From: an uncultured Desulfarculus sp.
GTDB lineage: Bacteria > Desulfobacterota > Desulfarculia > Desulfarculales > Desulfarculaceae
Assembly: GCA_963665125.2 (NCBI GenBank)
Contig: CAXXUK010000001.1
Coordinates: 3,456,001 to 3,520,000, forward strand
Direction: 5' to 3'
Length of the DNA stretch: 64,000 bases
Notes under the pieces: generated by a model
What the model was told of the DNA's origin: nothing
The model's input: the letters and a program-made list of their open reading frames with translations, nothing else
Database searches by the model: none
Made by a program: the position numbers and the translations under genes
In this document: positions 57,165 to 64,000 of the stretch, piece by piece
Numbering within the stretch: position 1 is the first letter of the stretch
How the letters are laid out: each line of letters opens with the position of its first letter

Positions 57165-58022
57165 TTACTTTAACGCAATGCGTATCTCCACCAGCAATTC
57201 CTCGGGCGGAGTTGTTTCCGGGTCGTTGAGGTATATCTCCATGCTGGGTTGCATGGCCTTTTCCCGGCCTGTCGGGGGCAGCCAAACGCCCTGCAACTCG
57301 GCGTAGGTGGCTGACATTCGTTCAAATGGGCCCTTGTGCAGGGCCACGGCATAATCGCCTCCGCTGATCTCCTGAATATTCACATCCGCCTGGCCGTGCA
57401 TGTTTTGTTCCACCGCGATGCAGGCGTCATAGCGAATCTGATTGGGCGCGGTCAGCGAAGGATCGTCATGGGACAGGCCCAACATAAGCGGCTGTCCGGC
57501 CAGCAGGCCCTGGGGCGCGGCCCAGGCGCAAAGTTTTTCCCAAGCCGCGCCGCACTGTTCATAAGGTCCAACATGACGCACATAGGCCACCCTGATTGGT
57601 TCGAATTTTTTAATCTGGGCATCCATTTTCAATTCTCCGAAACCGGACATACAGTCCTTGTTGTTGCCTTGCCCTGCCGGCCGGGCCTGGCTGCGAAATC
57701 CCGTAGGCGGCTGATCAAAGCGGGACCTGAACCCCCGTATGAACGATTCCAGATTGTCATAACCCAGTTCCAGGGCGATGTCGGTAACGCTCATGTGGCT
57801 GAAACGCAGTTTGTGCGCCGCCCACTCCAGGCGGATTCGCCGGTGATGCTCTCCCGGCGTTTCTCCCACAACCTGTTTGAACACCCGCAGGAAGTGGTGG
57901 AGAGAGAGGCAGGCCACATTGGCCAGTTCCTCAAGGGGCAGCTTGCGGTTCATGTTGTTTTGCATGTAAAGCTGCACCCTGGCCATGCGCTTTTGATGAT
58001 CCTCTATAGTCTCGCTTTTCAT
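57165..58022 (-). CDS. AraC-family regulator with GyrI-like ligand domain
   Basis: AraC HTHs, then 'HVGPY', 'RYDAC', 'HKGPF', 'EIYLNDP'. Confidence 0.92.
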   Translation of the reverse strand: MKSETIEDHQKRMARVQLYMQNNMNRKLPLEELANVACLSLHHFLRVFKQVVGETPGEHHRRIRLEWAAHKLRFSHMSVTDIALELGYDNLESFIRGFRSRFDQPPTGFRSQARPAGQGNNKDCMSGFGELKMDAQIKKFEPIRVAYVRHVGPYEQCGAAWEKLCAWAAPQGLLAGQPLMLGLSHDDPSLTAPNQIRYDACIAVEQNMHGQADVNIQEISGGDYAVALHKGPFERMSATYAELQGVWLPPTGREKAMQPSMEIYLNDPETTPPEELLVEIRIALK

Positions 58023-58145
58023 TCGCCTATCCGGTTGTTGATGGCCGCGACCTGGAACCCAGCATACAAAACCGCGCCACTGAAAGCTTGACGTTTATTG
58101 CTAATTTGAAAATGCCGAACATGGCCTGCTTTGCAAGGGCCGGAT

Positions 58146-58180
58146 AAAAAAACGAGCGGGCCCGGACAGGCCCGCTCGTC
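58146..58180 (-). terminator. Terminator after MCP gene
   Basis: acgagcgggcc/ggcccgctcgt stem with U-run on minus strand. Confidence 0.75.
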
Positions 58181-58206
58181 TGCACACTATTTGTTTGATG
58201 ATTCAG

Positions 58207-60000
58207 CTAGTTGCCACCCCTGACAAGAGCAACCAAGTCGCCGACCACGCCCTTCATGCTCTTGGATTGGGCGTTGAGCTGCTCGCTGGCCGCCGCGGCC
58301 TGTTCCGCGCTGGCGGCAACGGCCTGGGTCACCCTGTCCATCTCTGAGGTCGCGGTGGAAATCTGGATGATGCCCTGGGCCTGTTCGCTGGAGGCCGCGG
58401 CTATCTCGCCAACCAGTTCACCGACCTTTTTCGATGTTTGGCGGACCTGCTGAAAGTCTTCATCCGTGGACTGGGCCAGCCGGGAGCCCTCCCGGATGTT
58501 TTCGATATTGCCTTCGATGAGGCCCTGGGTGTTTTTGGCGGCCTCGGCCGCTCGCATGGCCAGGGAGCGCACTTCACCGGCCACCACGGCAAAGCCTGAC
58601 CCGGCCTCGCCGGCCCTGGCCGCCTCCACTGCGGCATTGAGCGCCAACAGGTTGGTCTGGAAGGCTATTTCATCGATGGTCCGGATGATCTTGGCCGTCT
58701 CGTCGGATGTGACGGTGATCTTGTCCATGGCCCGCTTGAGGGCGGTCATGGAGTCGGTGGTCTTGTCCACCACGCCGCTGACCTCGACCATGAGGTTGTC
58801 GGCCTGACGGGCGTTGTCGGCGTTTTGCTGGATCATGGAGTTGATCTCCTCCAGCGATGCCGAGGTTTCCTCCAACGATGCCGCCTGCTGGGACGATCCC
58901 TCGGCCAGGCTGTTGCTGGATGAGGAAACTTCCTCCGAGGCCGCGCCCACCTGGTCGGCGCCCAGGTTCAGGCTCTCGACGACATGGTTGATGGGCCGGA
59001 CAATGGAGCGGGTGATGAAGAAGGCCAACAATATGCCTATCGTCATTCCAATGGAACCAACGATAGCCGCCACCAGTTGGGATGTCTTACCGGTGGCATC
59101 CAACTCTTGCATGGCCGCGTCGTGCTGCTGCGTCAAAACAGCCAGGATCCCTCTGAGTTTCGCCTGGGTGGCATCCATTGCCGGCATGGTGTTCTGGTAA
59201 AAAACCTCCAGGGCTTCGTGCTGGGCATGGTCCAGGGACTCTTCCAGCTTCCGGGCCTGGTTCAACAGGGCGACAACCTCATTGAGCGCCGGAATAACTT
59301 TGCCGACATATATCTCTTTGCGAACTTGCGGGTCCGTGGTTTGGTTGAAACCCTCGGCCGACTCGTGCAATCCGGCATGGGCGGCCTTTAACTTTGTAAT
59401 AATGTCGCCGAACTCTTTCCACGAATCCGACAACTGCTTGGCCTGTTCGCCCGTCAGCCACTTGCCCAGGGCGCACTTTTCCGGGTTCAGTTCCACATCG
59501 GCCGGCTGATTGCCGATGACGGCCCTGGCCAGCTTTTCGGACCAGATACGATGGTCATCCAAGCGCTTTGCCAGGTCCATCTCCAGCTCGCCGTGCTTTT
59601 GTTTCCAAAGCTTGCCAATGGTCTGCGCCGATTCGTGAAGCTGCTGATGGGGCTGTTTAATATCCTCCAGAAGCGTTGCCAGGCGGGGATCGGACGCCGC
59701 CATTTTTTGGGCCTCGGGACCATAGAGGAATTTGCCCAAGCCGCACTTGTGCGGATCGATCTGCACATCCAAGGTGGCCTTGTTTTCCAGGAAAAACGTC
59801 TCCACCGTGGCTATCCACTTGTAGTGGTCGATTTCCTTTTCCAGCAGAAAGGACTCCAACTCACCAGCCTGGACGCTTTTATCACTGCTGTTGAAAAGAC
59901 TGGAAACGGAATAAAACGAATTGAACGACACCAGCGCCAGCAGCACCACAACGATACCGAAGCCCAGATAGAGCTTCAGCTTCAAGCTCAAGTTCCTCAC
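58207..60000 (-). CDS. Methyl-accepting chemotaxis protein with two CZB domains
   Basis: GTG start with GGAG RBS; TM; '[16 protein letters not shown]' twice; TM; '[21 protein letters not shown]'. Confidence 0.92.
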   Translation of the reverse strand: MRNLSLKLKLYLGFGIVVVLLALVSFNSFYSVSSLFNSSDKSVQAGELESFLLEKEIDHYKWIATVETFFLENKATLDVQIDPHKCGLGKFLYGPEAQKMAASDPRLATLLEDIKQPHQQLHESAQTIGKLWKQKHGELEMDLAKRLDDHRIWSEKLARAVIGNQPADVELNPEKCALGKWLTGEQAKQLSDSWKEFGDIITKLKAAHAGLHESAEGFNQTTDPQVRKEIYVGKVIPALNEVVALLNQARKLEESLDHAQHEALEVFYQNTMPAMDATQAKLRGILAVLTQQHDAAMQELDATGKTSQLVAAIVGSIGMTIGILLAFFITRSIVRPINHVVESLNLGADQVGAASEEVSSSSNSLAEGSSQQAASLEETSASLEEINSMIQQNADNARQADNLMVEVSGVVDKTTDSMTALKRAMDKITVTSDETAKIIRTIDEIAFQTNLLALNAAVEAARAGEAGSGFAVVAGEVRSLAMRAAEAAKNTQGLIEGNIENIREGSRLAQSTDEDFQQVRQTSKKVGELVGEIAAASSEQAQGIIQISTATSEMDRVTQAVAASAEQAAAASEQLNAQSKSMKGVVGDLVALVRGGN

Positions 60001-60203
60001 GCAAGTCTCCCTTTTGTCAATTCCATGTTGAGGAGCGGAGGCAAACATCTTAAAACAATAAGCTGTAGGTGTTTGCGGTAGCCAGGATTGGCTTGTTGTA
60101 ATAATGAATACTATTAGATAATTTTACAAGACGCGTACATGACTTTTTTGCAACAAAGCCTATTGGTATATTGCCCACTATTTTTTAGCGAATACGCATA
60201 AAT

Positions 60204-60247
60204 AAAAAACCAGCAGCAAACCGAAACGGCACACTGCTGGTTTTTTG
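60204..60247. terminator. Bidirectional terminator
   Basis: aaaaaaccagcag..ctgctggtttttt. Confidence 0.8.
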
Positions 60248-60260
60248 GCTTTTTGGGAAT

Positions 60261-61901
60261 CTACTTGGCGGTGCGCAGTTCCCGCCGCAGGATCTTGCCG
60301 CTGATGGTCTTGGGCAGTTCCGTGCGGTATTCGATGAGGCGCGGATATTTGTACGGAGCGGTGGTCCGCTTCACATGGTCCTGGATCTGCTTGGTCAGCT
60401 CATCCGAGGGCTCATAGCCTTTGACCAGCACCACGAAGGCCTTGACCAACACCCCGCGGATGCCTTCCGGGTCGGGCGCGCCCACCACGGCGCATTCGGC
60501 CACGGCCTCATGCTCCAGCAGGGCCGACTCCACCTCAAAGGGTCCGATGCGGTAGCCGCTGCTCTTGATGATGTCGTCATCGCGGCCCACGAACCAGAAA
60601 TAGCCTTCCTCGTCCCTAAAGGCCCGGTCGCCGGTGAGATAATAATCGCCCTTGAAGGAAGCGGCCATGGCCTCGTCGTCTTTCCAGTATTCCTTCATCA
60701 ACCCCGGCGGCCGCTTGCCCTCGCCGATGAACATGGCGATGTGGCCCTCCTCGCCCGGAGGCAGCTCATTGCCGCCATTATCGATGACGCGCATGTCGTG
60801 GCCCGGGGTTGGTTTGCCCACGCTGCCGTATTTCAGGGGCATGTGAGGATAGTTGGAGATCAGGGCCACGGTCTCGGTCTGGCCGTAGAAGTCGTAGATA
60901 TCCAGGCCGGTTCCGTCTTTCCAGGCCTTGATCACCTCCGGGTTCATGGGCTCTCCGGCGCTCAGGCAGTGGCGCAGCTTGAACCTGTACCCCAGCAGGT
61001 CGTGCTGGATCAGCATGCGGTAGACCGTGGGCGGGGCGCAGAAGGTGGTCACGCCGTATTTTTCCAGGACCTTGAGGGTGTTTTCCGGGCTGAACCCGCT
61101 GACGCTCTTGCGCTGGAGGATAGCCGCGCCGACGATCATCTGGCCGAACAGCTTGCCCCAGGCGGCCTTGGCCCAGCCGGTTTCGCTGATGGTCCAGTGC
61201 AGGTCCGTGGGCTGCAAAGTCTGCACGTAACGGGCCGTGACCGCGTGTCCCAGGGGATAGGCATTGCCGTGCAGGACCATCTTGGGCTGGCCGGTGGTGC
61301 CGCTGGTAAAGTAGAGCAGGAAGGGATCGCTGCTGAGCATCTCGCCCAGGGCCCCCCGCTCCAAAACCTCCGAGCCTTCGGCCATCTCCTTGTCAAAGTC
61401 GAACCAGCCGGGGACCTTGCCGTCGATGACGATCTTGGTCTTAAGGGTGGGGCACTCGCGCTCAACGTCCTCGACCCGCCGCACGTGGTCCATGTCGGTT
61501 ATCACCGCAGAGGCCTCGGCGCGGTTGACCCGGTATTTGATATCCTTGCCCGTAAGCAGAACCGTGCCGGGCATGGGCACAACGCCGAGCTTGAACATGG
61601 CGATCATGGCCACATACCACTGGGGCACGCTGTGCAGGATGATCAGCACCCTGTCGCCTTTTTTCAGGCCCATTTTGACCAGCGCGTTGGCGAATCGGTT
61701 GGACTCGGTGCTGAGCTGATAGAAAGACATGAAGTCGGCGTGGTCTCCGCTTTCATCCAGCGAAAGCAGAGCCAGTTTGGTTCTATCGGCGGCCCACTTG
61801 TCCACCACGTCGAAACCGAAGTTGAATTTCTCGGGGATATCCCAGCGGAATTCGTTATAAGCTTTTTCGTACTCCGCTGTTCTGCTGGTGTCGAATTGCA
61901 A
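60261..61901 (-). CDS. Acyl-CoA synthetase (short/medium-chain, AMP-forming)
   Basis: TTG start with GGAGG; 'YFTSGTTGQPK', 'YGQTE', 'TGDRA', 'LPKTISGK'. Confidence 0.92.
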   Translation of the reverse strand: MQFDTSRTAEYEKAYNEFRWDIPEKFNFGFDVVDKWAADRTKLALLSLDESGDHADFMSFYQLSTESNRFANALVKMGLKKGDRVLIILHSVPQWYVAMIAMFKLGVVPMPGTVLLTGKDIKYRVNRAEASAVITDMDHVRRVEDVERECPTLKTKIVIDGKVPGWFDFDKEMAEGSEVLERGALGEMLSSDPFLLYFTSGTTGQPKMVLHGNAYPLGHAVTARYVQTLQPTDLHWTISETGWAKAAWGKLFGQMIVGAAILQRKSVSGFSPENTLKVLEKYGVTTFCAPPTVYRMLIQHDLLGYRFKLRHCLSAGEPMNPEVIKAWKDGTGLDIYDFYGQTETVALISNYPHMPLKYGSVGKPTPGHDMRVIDNGGNELPPGEEGHIAMFIGEGKRPPGLMKEYWKDDEAMAASFKGDYYLTGDRAFRDEEGYFWFVGRDDDIIKSSGYRIGPFEVESALLEHEAVAECAVVGAPDPEGIRGVLVKAFVVLVKGYEPSDELTKQIQDHVKRTTAPYKYPRLIEYRTELPKTISGKILRRELRTAK

Positions 61902-62428
61902 AGCAAACCTCCCTGCTGTCCGCCGCCCCAAAAACGCGGCATCAATGGTGCGGGTCTTAATCACGTTGTTCGACGTTTGGCGCCGAATGTTGGTTGACTG
62001 CGGCGGCGTAATGAGCGGCGCCATGTGCCGGGCAGTTGTTTATGATCCAAAGCAATGCTGAAAGCCTGTGCCGCATAATTGAGAAAGCCGTGAGATGAAC
62101 CCGCCGCACTTTCGATCCTTACGCCAACAGGTGATCCATCTCCCCTGGCAGGTGGCTTATTAAACGATAAAAGACGTTTCATCCCAGTTTGTGGCTTTGT
62201 GCAAATCCTAGCGAAAACCAAACAAACTCGCAAGATGCCGGGAGCCGGTTTGAGACTCATTACCGCTGTTCAACAATCTTTTGTTTATAAACAAATTACA
62301 AAATCGAAATACATACTGCTGACGGCAATTTTACGCTTATTCCTTCCCAGCACCGCGCCATGCACATTAATATTTGTTTTTATTGATAATTTACTCAATA
62401 TGCCGCGAATTAACAAAAAACTCCCCGT

Positions 62429-62444
62429 TGGCACCATGGTTGCA
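62429..62444 (+). promoter_or_regulatory. Sigma54 (-24/-12) promoter
   Basis: TGGCAC-catgg-TTGCA exact consensus ~90 nt upstream of ParA gene. Confidence 0.75.
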
Positions 62445-62536
62445 TTGTTGCCAAGTATTCACATCCAGATATTTGCGTGCAACAAACTCTTGCGATGGAG
62501 GAGGCGTTGGCTGATCCAGCTGGCGAAAGCCGTAAA

Positions 62537-63808
62537 ATGAAAAAAATCGTGGTCAGCCTGCTCAAAGGCGGCGTGGCCAAGAGCGAAACATCGGTCCATT
62601 TAGCCCATGGATTGGCCTTGGCCGGATATAAGGTTTTGTTGGTCGACACCGACGTGCAGGCCCAATGCTCGGATATGCTCGGCGTGGAGCCGGAAAACGG
62701 CTTGGCCGAGGTCATAGCCGGTTGGGCCGACCCCCAGGACGCCGTTTGCCAGGCGCGGCCCAATCTTTGGCTGCTGGCCGGAGGCGTCAAGCTGGCCGCG
62801 GTGAAGATGGAGATCGCAAGGCGGGAAATGGCCCCCGAGGCCGTGCTGGCCGAGACCATCGACCGCTATGAAGGCCAGTTCGACGTCATGGTCATGGACA
62901 CCGCTCCGGGCTGGGACACCCTGCTGGTCAATGCCTTGTATTGCTGCGAGGACGTGCTGTCCCCGGTATCCATGGAGCCCATGGCCCTAAAGGGTCTGAG
63001 CCGCTTTGAAGAGCGCCTGGATATTGTGCGCAAGTACAAACCGTCGCTACGCCTTCGTTGGGTGGCGCCCACCTTTGTGGACGGCCGGGTCAAGAAATCG
63101 CGCCAGATCATGAAACAGCTCGAGGAGCTTTACGGCGATCGGCTGACCCCGCCCATCAAGTATTCGGCCAAGCTGTCGGAAATCACGGCCTTTGGCCAAA
63201 CCATCTATGAATCGGACCCCAAGAGCCCCGGCGCCAAGGGCTACCGGCAACTCACCCAGAAAGTCATTGCCGACTGCTTTGGCGAAACCCGGGAAGTGGT
63301 CATGCCCACCTCCGCCAATGTCGTTTCAGCGGCAGCGGCCATTGCCGCCGAGATGCCCGCGCCGGCCGCCGAACCTGCCGTCATGGCCGCCGGCGCGCCG
63401 GATATGGAGCCTGCCGCCGAGCCCGTCCGGGAGCCCGTGTGGGAATCAATGGCCGAAGAACCGGCCGTCGAATCCTTTGCCGGGCCCGTGTCCGAACCCG
63501 CTCCGGCCGCCGTGGCCTCCCTTGGCGCCCGGCGCCACGCCTTGCGCATGCGCCTGGCCGGAGCGCCGCCGGATCAGACGGCCCAAGCCAAACCGCCCGC
63601 CGAGGTCAAAGCCATATCCGGCGCGGCCGGGCGCATCCGCCATGCCCTGCGCGACCGCCTGGCCAGGGCGGCGGTGGGCGGCCCCATGACCAGGGACCGG
63701 GTGCTCCAGGCCATTGACGGCATGGAAATGCTCGACGACCTGACGCCCGCGGTGCGCGAGCGCCTGATCAACCACATAGTGGAGCGGTATACCGATGTCG
63801 GCGCCTGA
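62537..63808 (+). CDS. ParA/Soj-family ATPase with long Ala/Pro-rich C-terminal extension
   Basis: 'KGGVAKS', 'LVDTDVQ', 'MDTAP'; low-complexity tail. Confidence 0.85.
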   Translation: MKKIVVSLLKGGVAKSETSVHLAHGLALAGYKVLLVDTDVQAQCSDMLGVEPENGLAEVIAGWADPQDAVCQARPNLWLLAGGVKLAAVKMEIARREMAPEAVLAETIDRYEGQFDVMVMDTAPGWDTLLVNALYCCEDVLSPVSMEPMALKGLSRFEERLDIVRKYKPSLRLRWVAPTFVDGRVKKSRQIMKQLEELYGDRLTPPIKYSAKLSEITAFGQTIYESDPKSPGAKGYRQLTQKVIADCFGETREVVMPTSANVVSAAAAIAAEMPAPAAEPAVMAAGAPDMEPAAEPVREPVWESMAEEPAVESFAGPVSEPAPAAVASLGARRHALRMRLAGAPPDQTAQAKPPAEVKAISGAAGRIRHALRDRLARAAVGGPMTRDRVLQAIDGMEMLDDLTPAVRERLINHIVERYTDVGA

Positions 63809-64000
63809 ACCCAAAATGACACTGATGGAAGAGGCCTTTGGCTGCATCCGCATAGTCAAGCCCGATAGATCGGGCAAGACGGCCCGCCCGGCCCCGGCCG
63901 AAATAGCCCAGCCCCCGGTCAGCCAGGACCCGTCCGAAAAAGATCCGCCAGACGAGGAACTGCTTCAGGCCCTGCGCAGCCTGCGCCTTTTGGGCATGGT
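63795..64000 (+). CDS. Partial ORF (runs off window), hypothetical protein
   Basis: GGAG upstream, ATG 63795 overlapping parA stop; open to window end. Confidence 0.5.
   Translation, partial: MSAPEPKMTLMEEAFGCIRIVKPDRSGKTARPAPAEIAQPPVSQDPSEKDPPDEELLQALRSLRLLGM

Noticed and set aside
60375..61997. 540-aa plus-strand ORF
   Set aside because: Antisense of the acyl-CoA synthetase
1..64000. CRISPR arrays, tRNA/rRNA, transposases, prophage genes
   Set aside because: No regularly spaced repeats, cloverleafs or matching ORFs recognised by eye; a covariance-model search would be needed to exclude ncRNAs

Overview
GC-rich chromosomal segment of an anaerobic deltaproteobacterium (Desulfobacterota-like; inferred from gene content). 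It holds about 55 CDS. I recognised no rRNA, tRNA, CRISPR array or transposase. Metabolism and transport: a four-subunit 2-oxoacid:ferredoxin oxidoreductase operon (porCDAB), feoAB plus small ORFs, a TRAP transporter, tupBC divergent from two moeA genes, pdaD/speB, an acyl-CoA synthetase and two radical SAM enzymes. Signalling: hybrid kinases, a HisKA_2 kinase, GGDEF, HD-GYP, an MCP with two CZB domains and a Ser/Thr kinase-USP pair. The best candidate for an undescribed system is a 24-codon leader ORF (25872-25946) upstream of the TRAP operon. Six of seven consecutive codons in it are Tyr (RYYYDYYY), and it is followed by competing hairpins and a 54-nt G-free C/A-rich tract, suggesting tyrosine-sensing attenuation. 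Other highlights: a TetR-controlled operon (duplicated palindromic operator) with a divergent LysA-like decarboxylase; an orphan Cys4 C-terminal module fused to two different sensors; paired sensory-type substrate-binding lipoproteins; a structured non-coding element at ~41.3-41.85 kb; a sigma54-driven atypical ParA; and several small ORFs absent from the supplied track. Family assignments come from motif recognition by eye, not from database searches.
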